Virus record (IMG/VR): IMGVR_UViG_3300048998_000119 | Coordinates: 13,214 to 77,213 of that record | From: a virus | Lineage: Duplodnaviria; Heunggongvirae; Uroviricota; Caudoviricetes | Length of the DNA stretch: 64,000 nt | Direction: 5' to 3' (one strand) | Shown here: positions 9,089-18,682 of the stretch, piece by piece | Layout of the letters: every line of letters starts with the position of its first letter | Numbering within the stretch: the stretch's first letter is position 1 | Notes under the pieces: generated by a model | Told to the model about the DNA's origin: nothing | The model's input: only the letters and a program-made list of their open reading frames with translations | The model's database searches: none | Program-made: the position numbers and the translations under genes

Positions 9089-10425
9089 TAAAAGGTGGAT
9101 CCTTTCGCCGAGCCGACCACAGAAGATCGAACAGGGAAGAGATAGTCGGTGGCGTACCTAACACCATCGGAGAAGTGTTCCGCGTTCTCAGTCTTATCGA
9201 TGAGCGCGAGATCGCTGTTTCCTTCAACCCACTTTGTTCGTTCCACGGACTTAATCGTGTCCGGGCAACCGATTGGATCGAAGAACATGTTGGTCTTGCC
9301 GTTGGCGTTCTTGAGCATACTGTTGACGGCGTTCGTCGAATCCACAATGGGAACCTGCGAGCGAGCCATGACGGTGATGCCTGCTTGTCGCAACAGAGAG
9401 AAATCGGTTTGACCCACCACGGCTGAACTCTTACGAGCGTTGCCTGACGGATCGGGATAGGCGATGATGCGGCGAATGTCGTTCTTAAACTTGGCGTTGA
9501 TGTAAGCGGCCAGCTCAGGTGTGTCCGGCGAGCCTTGCTTTTCGGCGAAGAATTGCATTTGCCCGCCTCGGACCACAAAGAAAGAAGTCGCCATACGCAT
9601 GACGTTGAAGTCGATGGCGCAATGGATTGTTTCTTCGGGTTCGGGCGGGATGATGTTTTGCACGTGGATTTGGCGATCGAACATATAGAACAGTGACGCG
9701 CCTGATTCCTTAAACAGCGCCAAGTACTCACTCGCAAAACGAATGGGATCCATTTTCTGTTTGGCCTTCTCCACTTCACGTGGATCCAGCAGAGGCGAGG
9801 CGGTGTAGTCGTGTATGTACGTCATCCACTCGTTGTCGATTTCGCGGTAGTTGCTGACTTCCTCCAGAAAGTTAAATCCTTTGGGTGTTCCAGCAAATAG
9901 TGCTCTTCCCGCTGAACGCGCACCGTACAAGTCGGCGTGCATCCAGGACCAGCGAGAAGTAATCGTAGGGTAAATCACGTTCTCCCAGTTCTCTTTCAAG
10001 TTCCTCATGGAAGACGGCTCGTCGATGACGACAAGATAGTACCCTTTACCGCGCATACGCTCGACGGCTTCATAGGATAACAGATGAAGCTCAACGTTGT
10101 TTGGGAAATAGTAACGACCCAGTGATTCCTTTTCGGATTCAACAAAGTCGCTTATGCCGAACTGATTCGACAGCAGTGGTTGATAGATGTCTCGGACCTG
10201 ATCAAAGGTCGGCGCGACGATGGCGACGTTCTTGTTCGGAACAGACGCGTCCAGCTCCATAAGCTCAAAGACAGCAGTCATAGCCACCGTGGCCGCTTCG
10301 TGACTCTTGCCCCAACCGCGACTGCAGACGGCGACCGCGAAACGGCATTTCAGATCAATGAATAGATCTCTGTAGATCTCACTCTGTGTCGGATGCAGGC
10401 TTATCTGCGGCATCTTTGTTCCCAC
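9088..10425 (-). CDS. terL: terminase large subunit
   Basis: Walker A CSRGWGKSH, Walker B YYLVVIDEP, C-terminal nuclease region AYPDPSGNARKS. Confidence 0.85.
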   Translation of the reverse strand: MGTKMPQISLHPTQSEIYRDLFIDLKCRFAVAVCSRGWGKSHEAATVAMTAVFELMELDASVPNKNVAIVAPTFDQVRDIYQPLLSNQFGISDFVESEKESLGRYYFPNNVELHLLSYEAVERMRGKGYYLVVIDEPSSMRNLKENWENVIYPTITSRWSWMHADLYGARSAGRALFAGTPKGFNFLEEVSNYREIDNEWMTYIHDYTASPLLDPREVEKAKQKMDPIRFASEYLALFKESGASLFYMFDRQIHVQNIIPPEPEETIHCAIDFNVMRMATSFFVVRGGQMQFFAEKQGSPDTPELAAYINAKFKNDIRRIIAYPDPSGNARKSSAVVGQTDFSLLRQAGITVMARSQVPIVDSTNAVNSMLKNANGKTNMFFDPIGCPDTIKSVERTKWVEGNSDLALIDKTENAEHFSDGVRYATDYLFPVRSSVVGSAKGSTF

Positions 10426-10759
10426 CCAGAGTAAATGTGCCGCCTTGATCAGACAGTGAAATGTGCAACACGGGAACGGGCTTGTCTTCGACAGCTTCCT
10501 TGATAGGCGCGTAGCCGTACTTCAGAAGTTTCTCGGCGAGATTGGCCGCTTTCTCGATCAGATCCATGTGGAAATCAACCAGATAGGCTTTGTGGGAGCC
10601 ATCCTTGTTCAGACGATGATAAGTTCCTTCGGAAATCTGTTCTTGTGTCTCTATTTCTTTCAGAAGGCGAGCGTAGTTCTCAGCCATCTTTTGTATTGGA
10701 TCGAATCCCAGGGAAGACAGCCGGTGAGCCGAGTTCCCAAGGCCACGTTTTGCCGACAT
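10379..10759 (-). CDS. putative terminase small subunit (126 aa)
   Basis: position immediately upstream and overlapping terL; no motif support. Confidence 0.35.
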   Translation of the reverse strand: MSAKRGLGNSAHRLSSLGFDPIQKMAENYARLLKEIETQEQISEGTYHRLNKDGSHKAYLVDFHMDLIEKAANLAEKLLKYGYAPIKEAVEDKPVPVLHISLSDQGGTFTLGGNKDAADKPASDTE

Positions 10760-10780
10760 GTAAATTCCTTGAGCTTCTTG

Positions 10781-11143
10781 TTAGCCAGTGTTTTCCAACA
10801 CGGCTGCGAGATAGGCTTGACGAGCAGAATCTGAATCGTCAAAGTACCCCAAATGTTTCTGGCCTCCCAAAACCCGCAGGCGAGCCTGAAATTTTCGACG
10901 AGTACTATCCCAGTGATAACCTTTTTCTTGAGGTTTGTCTATAAGAAGGAGATTGTCGAGAGACAGATTATCATTATTCTGATCAACACAGACGACTGTT
11001 TTCCCCTTAGGGAGCGGGCCATGATGCAGCATCCACGCAATCACTCGCGGGAAGTATCTTGTGGTTTTGTACCGATAGCGAAGCGAGGGGTTCAGACGGA
11101 GCTGGTCCTGATACAGATGACGACCTATATGCTCAAACATCAA
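10781..11143 (-). CDS. HNH homing endonuclease with AP2 DNA-binding domain
   Basis: VVCVDQNNDNLSLDNLLLI (HNH_3-like) followed by YHWDSTRRKFQARLRVLGGQKHLGYFDDSDSARQAY (AP2). Confidence 0.65.
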   Translation of the reverse strand: MMFEHIGRHLYQDQLRLNPSLRYRYKTTRYFPRVIAWMLHHGPLPKGKTVVCVDQNNDNLSLDNLLLIDKPQEKGYHWDSTRRKFQARLRVLGGQKHLGYFDDSDSARQAYLAAVLENTG

Positions 11144-11159
11144 GTTTATCTCGCTTATC

Positions 11160-11290
11160 TTAAGACTAACCTAAAGGTTAAGTCAATTGAAAACCTTTAG
11201 GTTTAGTTCTTTTAGAAGAATTACTAAGAAGATCTTTCTCTAAAGGATCAACCTCAGGTTCAACCTTAAGGTTAAGAAAGCTCTCAGGGA
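11160..11290. repeat. cluster of 12-bp palindromes AACCT(T/A)(A/T)AGGTT in intergenic region upstream of HNH gene
   Basis: aacctaaaggtt (~11169), aacctttaggtt (~11195), aacctcaggtt half-site, aaccttaaggtt perfect palindrome (~11262). Confidence 0.6.
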
Positions 11291-11337
11291 GGGCTCTTAG
11301 GGCTAATTCAACGGGGTCTGGTAAGGGCGAACGATCG

Positions 11338-11400
11338 AAAAAAAAAAAAATTGGTGTAAAGATCCCCTCCCCACACCCAGCCCCGAAGGACCAAGCGTGA
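11338..11400 (-). terminator. putative terminator: GC hairpin CCCCTCC...GGAGGGG followed, after a 13-nt spacer, by T13
   Basis: read on minus strand downstream of lipoprotein gene stop at 11414; spacer longer than canonical. Confidence 0.4.
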
Positions 11401-11413
11401 GGAGGGGAGAAGG

Positions 11414-11611
11414 TTAGTTATTGTAGACGCATCGCCATTCGTTACTGTTCTGAATAGTTATCGCGCCTTCCAGGCCGTTCTCATCCGTCACAATCCAGGC
11501 ATAGCCTCGATTCAATGCGGGGAGTGTGCGCCCAGAGTCGACCTGTGTGCACTTACCACTGTTGTCGTGACAACCGGTGAGCAACAACAGTAAAAACAGT
11601 AGCTGTTTCAT
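11414..11611 (-). CDS. small lipoprotein (65 aa)
   Basis: signal peptide + lipobox LLLTGC. Confidence 0.45.
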   Translation of the reverse strand: MKQLLFLLLLLTGCHDNSGKCTQVDSGRTLPALNRGYAWIVTDENGLEGAITIQNSNEWRCVYNN

Positions 11612-11931
11612 GTGAACACCGCCTCACCATCTTGTGGAACACGTTCGTAGGTCTTCTCAAAGATGTCTGGCTTGCAGGGATAGAGTTCGCCGTTGATCCC
11701 TCGAATGATCCAGTCACCGGTCGAGACCTTCATGTCTCCCTCCAGTGTCTTGATGAACTGTTCGTCGCCACGCTCGAACAGAACACCCGAGACTGCAGCC
11801 TCAATCAGCCACGCAGGGATCGTTCCGGTCAAATCACTCTTCAGTATAGAGTTCTGAACCGCCTCGATCACCACAGGCTTTTTCTTATAAGCAAACGGAC
11901 TGGTGTGGAGGCTTACCATGAGTAGATCCAC
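11608..11931 (-). CDS. hypothetical protein (107 aa)
   Basis: ORF track. Confidence 0.45.
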   Translation of the reverse strand: MDLLMVSLHTSPFAYKKKPVVIEAVQNSILKSDLTGTIPAWLIEAAVSGVLFERGDEQFIKTLEGDMKVSTGDWIIRGINGELYPCKPDIFEKTYERVPQDGEAVFT

Positions 11932-12191
11932 GCGGCCGCGATGGTGAGCAAACTGACGAACACGCCTACCAGGTTGGCACCCGGTTCTGGCTTCTCATCC
12001 TTCTTTCGAAGCGAGGTCGCGGGAAGCAAGACAAAGCCGATCGTGATGTTGATCATCATGGCGAGAGCGATGGCGATGTCCCAGTGGAACACGTGCAACG
12101 CCGTATACTGGATGGCGTAACTGCGCAACCAGAAGGCGAAGAGGGCGAACACGAATACGCCCAGGATTTTCAGTGCGGTGTCAGATTTCAT
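11913..12191 (-). CDS. membrane protein (~92 aa; start trimmed to ATG at 12191 with GGAG RBS)
   Basis: three TM helices; the track ORF extends upstream to 12314 but would overlap the next gene by 130 nt. Confidence 0.45.
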   Translation of the reverse strand: MKSDTALKILGVFVFALFAFWLRSYAIQYTALHVFHWDIAIALAMMINITIGFVLLPATSLRKKDEKPEPGANLVGVFVSLLTIAAAWIYSW

Positions 12192-12486
12192 CGTTTTTCT
12201 CCAATTTATCTGCGATTTCGTTGAAGGTGAGTCCTGCTGTGTCATTCCAATGAATACACAGTCTACGCGTCTCGCTCTCCAGAAAATCTGGATACTGCAC
12301 ACACTTGGGATCAATTAGGGCACCCAACACACCGAGACAACAGAAAGAAATACATTTCTCGGCTGGAAAGCAAGCGCCCGACAGCTCAGGATCCGACACA
12401 AGCACCGCCAGCATACCCTCGCTCTGCTTGTACTCGCCCGAACGCAGGGCCGCGATCCAACGCTTCTTGAGTTCAGCTTCCATCAC
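12181..12486 (-). CDS. ALRSGEYKQ/CCLGVL family small protein, paralog A
   Basis: motifs WIAALRSGEYKQ, FCCLGVLGALIDP, FNEIADKLE. Confidence 0.55.
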   Translation of the reverse strand: MMEAELKKRWIAALRSGEYKQSEGMLAVLVSDPELSGACFPAEKCISFCCLGVLGALIDPKCVQYPDFLESETRRLCIHWNDTAGLTFNEIADKLEKNDEI

Positions 12487-12815
12487 AAGTTCTTCTCCAC
12501 ATAGTCGGCGATTTCGTCGAAAGACATTCTCTTAGCGTCGTTCATCGTCATGAACGCGTGTCCACCAAGTTCGGTCATGTCCGGATACTGTACGCGTTCG
12601 GGATTGATCAGCGCACCCAACACGCCTAAACAGCAGAACCCCACGCCCTCACACGCGGGTGCGTTGATGATCTCATCACCTTCTTTATCGACGATAAGCA
12701 TTTCTCTGGCTTGCTTATACTTGCCGGATCGCAGAGCGTCAATCCACTGCTTTTTGAGTTCCGGTGTCACTTGTACTTCTCCATCAGACTGAGGATTGAT
12801 TTGATGTCTTGCCAC
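12483..12815 (-). CDS. ALRSGEYKQ/CCLGVL family small protein, paralog B
   Basis: WIDALRSGKYKQ, FCCLGVLGALINP, FDEIADYVE; tandem with paralog A. Confidence 0.55.
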   Translation of the reverse strand: MARHQINPQSDGEVQVTPELKKQWIDALRSGKYKQAREMLIVDKEGDEIINAPACEGVGFCCLGVLGALINPERVQYPDMTELGGHAFMTMNDAKRMSFDEIADYVEKNL

Positions 12816-13111
12816 CGCGAGTCCAGCTTGATCTGTTCCAGAAGAAACTTAACGTCGTTCTCCTCCGGCGGACCGTACTTGCGCAGCCGCGCCTCCACGA
12901 AGAGTTTGGCGTCTTCCTTCGACATGAACTGACCGAGTGTGATGGTGGTGTTCTTGCTCAGTTGGCAGTTGGCCTTCAATCCGGGACCGGTGACATAAAT
13001 AGGTTTACCACGCGCCTGCGTGATTGAGTAGTCCTCTTTCTCACTGTTGATCTCAAAGCCCGGCCCCTCGTCGGTGAGGTCGCGCCAACCATTTGCCTCG
13101 TAGATGATCAC
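12767..13111 (-). CDS. hypothetical protein (114 aa)
   Basis: ORF track. Confidence 0.4.
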   Translation of the reverse strand: MIIYEANGWRDLTDEGPGFEINSEKEDYSITQARGKPIYVTGPGLKANCQLSKNTTITLGQFMSKEDAKLFVEARLRKYGPPEENDVKFLLEQIKLDSRWQDIKSILSLMEKYK

Positions 13112-13503
13112 GGACGACGCAGCTCGTCGAGGCGCTTCAGAAGCTCTTCCTCGGACGCGTTCTCCAGCGCCGTGTCGCGCTTCTTCTCCAGAATGTCGTG
13201 GATCTTGTCCGCCTCCTCACGACGCTTGGCTTCATTGCGGGCGTCCGCGTCTTCCTTCTGACGAACAGAGATCACGTACTTCACCACCTCCAACTGCTGA
13301 TCGAGCAAATTCCGCGCGCCGGTGTTGACGTCACGGTTCAGAAGCGAAGCCCCGACCAGCTTGTCGCGTGAAGCGATGATGCGCTGGCCAATGTTGTCGA
13401 GTGTGGCGAGCTTCAAGTCCCACAGCTGTTCGGTGGTGATGTTGGCGTTAGTGTCCGACGAGTAGCGGAACTTGTTGCGGAGTGCGTTTTCGAAGATGCT
13501 CAT
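13108..13503 (-). CDS. coiled-coil protein (131 aa)
   Basis: ORF track; charged heptad-rich. Confidence 0.45.
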   Translation of the reverse strand: MSIFENALRNKFRYSSDTNANITTEQLWDLKLATLDNIGQRIIASRDKLVGASLLNRDVNTGARNLLDQQLEVVKYVISVRQKEDADARNEAKRREEADKIHDILEKKRDTALENASEEELLKRLDELRRP

Positions 13504-13706
13504 GATTGGTTCTCTTTCAGATAGTTGATGATTGTAATAAGACTTGCTATACGAGGTAGATAAGCTGCGTCTTGTTGTGATAACTGTGCAATTAAATACT
13601 GTTCCACAGAGTACTCATACGACTTTATAAGAAAGTTTCTCTGTTTATCGGTCACAGCAATCGACTCACCACTAGGATGATAAAGCCGAACACAAGAATC
13701 AAACAA
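13500..13706 (-). CDS. hypothetical protein (68 aa)
   Basis: ORF track. Confidence 0.35.
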   Translation of the reverse strand: MFDSCVRLYHPSGESIAVTDKQRNFLIKSYEYSVEQYLIAQLSQQDAAYLPRIASLITIINYLKENQS

Positions 13707-13752
13707 CCCATCGGCGGTGGAATGGGTGGTTCGTCGTTCAGATAGAAATCCA

Positions 13753-13986
13753 TCAGTATTCCTTTTGTGGGTACTTGCTGCGTTTCTGTAGATCGAGTTC
13801 CAGACTATTCAAGTCACTGAGCTTGGAGACGTACTTGCTTTGATTGACGGCGTAAATACCATGCGTCCTATTGAGCTTCTCCAGCCACGCAAGATTGAAA
13901 GCACGTTCTTCTTTCTTATACTGCTCGTATTCTTTCTTTGTGGGAAAGTGTAAAGCGAGTCCGTCGCTTCCGTGCACACTATGCAT
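13753..13986 (-). CDS. hypothetical protein (77 aa)
   Basis: ORF track. Confidence 0.35.
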   Translation of the reverse strand: MHSVHGSDGLALHFPTKKEYEQYKKEERAFNLAWLEKLNRTHGIYAVNQSKYVSKLSDLNSLELDLQKRSKYPQKEY

Positions 13987-14203
13987 GTGAACGACTCACG
14001 ATGATGAGCAACAGAATGATGATTATCACGGCGAAACAACCCATTTTAAATACCCTTCGAGCGTTTAGACTGCTGCAATGCATCTGAATGCTTCACAATA
14101 TCGAGGTGCATAAGCTTTCGTATATGGTCAACTATTTTGTCTTGCCCCTTAATCTTGGCGTCCATCATTGTTTCAAGTCTATCCAACTCCCGCAACGTGA
14201 GCA

Positions 14204-16156
14204 TCAGAACTGAATCACATAAGGACGACCGTCGACCTTGACCTTCACCTGCTCAGGCTTGGTGCTGGAGAAGCCCACACCCGACAGCTGTTCTTTCTGA
14301 TGCGGAGCACGCGACCGTGAGCCGAGAACCTCAAACACCTTGCGATGCTCGTTGAGTTCGGCCTTCAGGTACTCATTGTGAATACCCCGAACAGACTCAG
14401 GATTCTCCATTTCCTTCACAAAGAAGAAGACGTGGAGATTGCCCGTGCCTTCACCCCAGTAGTTCGGGCTGAGTGTGATCGCGTCGAGCTCCCGGTATTG
14501 GCCCAACTGGACGCCCCACTTGTCGACCTTGCGTCCACCCACCTGGACCGAGTTGTCGCCCGCTCCGTATTGGACGATCTGTCCGTTTGTAACTCGGAAG
14601 CTGGCGGTCGCGACCACCTCGTTGTGGCGCACCTCACGCGGGCAGTTGAACTTCAGCAGCGTGTCACCACACTCGACTTCAACCTCGAAGCCCACGTCTT
14701 TAACTTCACGGTGTGTGAAGTTGTGAACGCCCACACGATACTCACCGTCCAGCAACTTGCTGAAGTAGACGTTCTCCACGGCGTCTCGACGATCGCCGCT
14801 GACGTTCATGTCCACGTCGAGCTGACCGTATGAACCGATCGGCTTCTTCGCGGCGAAGTGGATCTTGATACCCTTGCTGTCCCAGACATGAAGATCAAGA
14901 TCGTCTGTGTTGAACCAGCTCAGACTGATGCGAAGCGGAGCGTCCACCTTGCCGCCCGCCTGCTTGACACGTTCTTTCACGCTGTCCGTGACGTCGCCGT
15001 CGTAGGACCAGGAGAAAGGATTGTCCCACTTGAAGATAGACGAGCCGGTGGTGAGCGTCATGAAGTTGCCCGGATGCTCGATCAGCAACTCCACCTTCTT
15101 CGCGCCAGGAAGAATGGTCTTCAGGAAGCTGTCGGCGTCGATCGTCTCACCGTCCTTCGAAGGCTTCTTCTTGTTGAACGCCACGCCCGCCATGAGCAAC
15201 TCCAGCGGGGAGTTGATGCGATCGTTGTTGGCGACGAACAACAGATGCTCCATTGGAATGTCGTCAATTGTGGCCATGCGACGCGTGACGTCCATACCCA
15301 TTTCCTCGATCTTGGCGAGCGCCGCGTCGATCTGCTTCTGCGACACCAACGACTTGGGCTTCTTGTAGTTGTTTGGATCCAACATACGACCGAACGCCTC
15401 AGCCGCCTCGTCTGGGTCACGCTTCATGGACTTGTTGTTCGGATCGTTCCATTCAGCTAATTCAATCAAGAACGTGCCGATGCTGACATTGCGTAGACCC
15501 GCCACACGTGTCTTCAAGTGCTTCCACACGAACGTGTCGGATCCATCATACTGACGCGCCAGATCCAAGAAGCCGGACACCTGAGCACGGAACTCGGCGC
15601 CGCGATACAGACGGTTCTCGTCGATCATTTCCAGTGCCTGTTGTAAGACAGCCGGAGTGAACTGGTCCAGACCGCGCTTGAACACACCGAACAGATTGTT
15701 CAGGTCGCCGCGTTCCTTCGATGGCTGAGACACCCTGTGCTTGACGACACGACCGAAGAAGTGATCGTACTTGATCGTGGGATCCTCCTTGTCGCGATTG
15801 GGGCCGGAACCGTAGCTCGCCTGATCGGTACGATACACGCCGGTGATTGGAGCCTGGCGCACTAGATCGCGAAGAGCGGTCGCCACGATGTTGTACGGCA
15901 TAGGCAAGTTCACGTCGTCCCACACGGTGTCGCCGTCGATTGTGCGCAGACGCCCGATATTGCGGATGAAGTTCTTGCAGCAGTTGCAGTTGTGCCAGGT
16001 GTTGACACGGTGGATCGGATCGGTGCCGATCGGGAAGGCGCTGAGATACTTATCCCAGATGTCGTCCACGTCAACCGTGTAGAGTTCCTGTGAGGACATC
16101 GCGTCCCACTTTGAGGCGACGCTCTTCGAGAAAGTTTGAAATGCTGTCATGGTCAC
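14204..16156 (-). CDS. large hypothetical protein (650 aa) with N-terminal Cys cluster HNCNCC
   Basis: long uninterrupted ORF; no recognisable family. Confidence 0.55.
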   Translation of the reverse strand: MTMTAFQTFSKSVASKWDAMSSQELYTVDVDDIWDKYLSAFPIGTDPIHRVNTWHNCNCCKNFIRNIGRLRTIDGDTVWDDVNLPMPYNIVATALRDLVRQAPITGVYRTDQASYGSGPNRDKEDPTIKYDHFFGRVVKHRVSQPSKERGDLNNLFGVFKRGLDQFTPAVLQQALEMIDENRLYRGAEFRAQVSGFLDLARQYDGSDTFVWKHLKTRVAGLRNVSIGTFLIELAEWNDPNNKSMKRDPDEAAEAFGRMLDPNNYKKPKSLVSQKQIDAALAKIEEMGMDVTRRMATIDDIPMEHLLFVANNDRINSPLELLMAGVAFNKKKPSKDGETIDADSFLKTILPGAKKVELLIEHPGNFMTLTTGSSIFKWDNPFSWSYDGDVTDSVKERVKQAGGKVDAPLRISLSWFNTDDLDLHVWDSKGIKIHFAAKKPIGSYGQLDVDMNVSGDRRDAVENVYFSKLLDGEYRVGVHNFTHREVKDVGFEVEVECGDTLLKFNCPREVRHNEVVATASFRVTNGQIVQYGAGDNSVQVGGRKVDKWGVQLGQYRELDAITLSPNYWGEGTGNLHVFFFVKEMENPESVRGIHNEYLKAELNEHRKVFEVLGSRSRAPHQKEQLSGVGFSSTKPEQVKVKVDGRPYVIQF

Positions 16157-16294
16157 TGTCCTTGTATGAATTGACGAAGTGTTGCATTCACTCTGGTTTG
16201 CCAGCCGGGACCGGTGTTGCGCAGAGCGGCGAGCAAATCGGCGTCCAGTCGCAAGCTCACGGCGACTTTCGGGTTGTCCAGCTTGGGTCTACCT

Positions 16295-16501
16295 CTACCA
16301 GTCACGCAGTCGCTCTTTCTCTGCTTGAGAAACGATGCTGTAGTTCTCGAAACCTTCTCCTCCGTGGACTAAATCGTTCAGACGTTCCAGTTCGTTTTCG
16401 AGTTCCGTTGTGTCGCTGAGCGCCTTGGCTTGCAGACGAAGCTCACCCAGCTTCAGCAAGGCCTCTTCATGGGTGAGATGCTTTGTGGATTTGACGCCCA
16501 T
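16295..16501 (-). CDS. hypothetical protein (68 aa)
   Basis: ORF track. Confidence 0.35.
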   Translation of the reverse strand: MGVKSTKHLTHEEALLKLGELRLQAKALSDTTELENELERLNDLVHGGEGFENYSIVSQAEKERLRDW

Positions 16502-16665
16502 TACAGAACAGTCCAGATGACGGTGAGAAGTATACCGACAGCCGAGATAACACCTAAGCCACCCGCGATGACGGGAAGTACGTTGCTGTCGTCACCGCCC
16601 TCGGTCACCAAGCCCAGCAACATCGACAGAATGAATACTGTCATGAGAATTTTGATGAGAAGCAT
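16501..16665 (-). CDS. small two-TM membrane peptide (54 aa)
   Basis: own translation MLLIKILMTVFILSMLLGLVTEGGDDSNVLPVIAGGLGVISAVGILLTVIWTVL; GGAG RBS; below track cutoff. Confidence 0.3.
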   Translation of the reverse strand: MLLIKILMTVFILSMLLGLVTEGGDDSNVLPVIAGGLGVISAVGILLTVIWTVL

Positions 16666-16671
16666 ATAAAC

Positions 16672-16716
16672 TCCATTTTTAACCCTCCCACAGCCGGAGC
16701 TATGAGAGGGTGTTGA
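16672..16716 (-). promoter_or_regulatory. stem-loop + A-run + RBS module, copy C
   Basis: minus: CCCTCTCA...TGGGAGGG TTAAAAATGGAGTTTAT ATG. Confidence 0.4.
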
Positions 16717-16889
16717 GATTACTTCTTAGGAACGTCGAGCGCCGGAGCGTTCTGCTTGGTCACGACTTCCTCATCCGTTTCCAGCTTGTTGTCGGTCTGG
16801 TACATTTCCTTGACCATCTTCTTCTCGGCGTCGGTGGCGTCCGGGAACTGCTTTTCCCAGCTTGCGTAGAGCGACTTGTCGTATGCCAT

Positions 16890-17153
16890 TCAATGTTCCT
16901 TTGTAAATGCAACAAGAGAAACCAGATCGATCCCAGAATCTTTGCGGGCAACTTCTTTGCCGTCCACAACCTTGGTCAACGTCGGGTACTTTCTGATCAC
17001 CTTGTTTTGATGCCTGATGGGGCATTCTTCCAGCCAGTCATAAATAATTTCTCTGCCCGGAAGTAGAGTTTCTCGGAAGCAATCGATCGTCTCGACCAGC
17101 TCCTCGCTTTTCATCGACCAATGAGCTACGTAGACAATGTAGATTGTGCCCAT
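16890..17153 (-). CDS. hypothetical protein (87 aa)
   Basis: ORF track. Confidence 0.35.
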   Translation of the reverse strand: MGTIYIVYVAHWSMKSEELVETIDCFRETLLPGREIIYDWLEECPIRHQNKVIRKYPTLTKVVDGKEVARKDSGIDLVSLVAFTKEH

Positions 17154-17566
17154 TCTAATCTTTCCTCATGCGTCAATCGATATAACATGAGTAGTGTGTC
17201 TCCATGACAACGTTTCGGAGCACATAGACACAGCATGTTTTTACCGTCGAATTCTCGAAAATCTTGGTCTGCCACGTCTAGGTTAAGTAAACGGGTTGCG
17301 ATGTGCATAGCGTACTCGTCGCATACCTGATCACGCATCTTATCGTTCTTGATTGGTCTGTGGAGGGCCCATTTGGTGGGACGACCAATCCATTGAGACA
17401 GTCTGATCGCCGTGCGACTGCTGAAATGCTTGTTGATCACTTTGGTGTTGGTGGAAGTTTGATTCTTGGTTTCCCTCCGCATTCTCCCACCGCCGCCGAT
17501 CACTTCAACCAGTCTGACCATCGATGATCTTCGCCGTGTCCACATCCATGGTGAAGAAGCTGACAC
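17126..17566 (-). CDS. DUF4326-like protein (start uncertain)
   Basis: C-terminal motif NMLCLCAPKRCHGDTLL resembles the DUF4326 CxC(A)P..CHGD signature. Confidence 0.45.
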   Translation of the reverse strand: MSASSPWMWTRRRSSMVRLVEVIGGGGRMRRETKNQTSTNTKVINKHFSSRTAIRLSQWIGRPTKWALHRPIKNDKMRDQVCDEYAMHIATRLLNLDVADQDFREFDGKNMLCLCAPKRCHGDTLLMLYRLTHEERLEWAQSTLST

Positions 17567-18355
17567 CGCCTTCCGAGATAAAGCTCTTGGACTTGGCGTC
17601 CTCCGGCATCACCTCATCTGTCTTACGTGGACGCCAGAGCCAGTTGTCCTCGTCCAGGGACCAGCCGGGCGGAAGCTCCTGACCCAGCCATTCTAATTTA
17701 GCCATGTGTGCTCTCCAACATTTCACCCAAGTCACGATACACAGTCATGAGGTATTCCATAAGCTGTTCACGTGTCTTGAGCTCTGCTTCACCGTTCTCG
17801 ATCACGCTATAAGTGTTGAGGCTGACTTGAATGACTTCGAATATCATTCAGCTACCGTGATCACGATGTTTACTTTCTTGGCGTCGAAAATTTCGAGACG
17901 TTTGATGTCGCCTCGATAAGACAACAGCCACTCATCCAACTTAGTCTTGTCGGATAGTCGATAGACATCTTTGCCATTGCTTCCCGCTTGTTCGCTGGAA
18001 GATAGCGCCAATACAATGAACATCAGTCAGGCTTAACCGGCTTGCGATAAGCTTCCCTCAACGCCACCTGCTTGTTCTTCTGCTGAAAGCGTTCGTATCC
18101 GATCACGTTGGTAGAAGCCTGGATCGCAGCTTCGCGATCCTCCAACGGCAGTTCCCTCATCGCTTTCGCCGTCGAGAATTTGTCCATAATGCACCTCAAT
18201 TTTGATGTCAAGTTTCTCGGCCTGATACACTTCTGCCTGCTTGCGTTCGTCGCCGCTGAGCCGCAGTATATGCGCGGTGAGAAGATCTTTGGTTTTGAAC
18301 TCGTACTTGACTTTGCCTTTACCGTTTATATGTGGAAGTAAACAAATATACATAA

Positions 18356-18682
18356 TTACAGCACCTCTGTGAGAATACGCCAGCCAGTCATTTTCAGACC
18401 TTCGAAAGTGACCTCGATCGGTTTACCCTTCAACCCACTGAGGTCATCAGTCTTGGCGTCATGAAGAAGGTTACGCAAGAAATCAAAAAGATCTGCTTTT
18501 TGTTGATTCCAGGCCTCCAATGAGTATTCCGCGGTCTCTCTTCGATTAGCCCATGGTCCTTTAAAATCATGTATGCTTCCATCGGGAGTCCACATGTAAA
18601 TAGTAATGCCGAACTGCGCATCTTGGTAGCCACCATAGCCAAAGCCTACTTCGGTGATCTTACCTAATGACTTTACTGTCAT
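18356..18682 (-). CDS. hypothetical protein (108 aa)
   Basis: ORF track. Confidence 0.4.
   Translation of the reverse strand: MTVKSLGKITEVGFGYGGYQDAQFGITIYMWTPDGSIHDFKGPWANRRETAEYSLEAWNQQKADLFDFLRNLLHDAKTDDLSGLKGKPIEVTFEGLKMTGWRILTEVL

Noticed and set aside
8844-9779. 311-aa minus-strand ORF overlapping the terminase gene
   Set aside because: Alternative frame of terL (which has Walker motifs); translation is Arg/Ser/Pro-rich junk.
11338-11351. Poly-A/T tracts as canonical intrinsic terminators
   Set aside because: Hairpin-to-U-run spacers are 13 and 30 nt, beyond the usual <9 nt. Reported as possible regulatory or slippage tracts instead.
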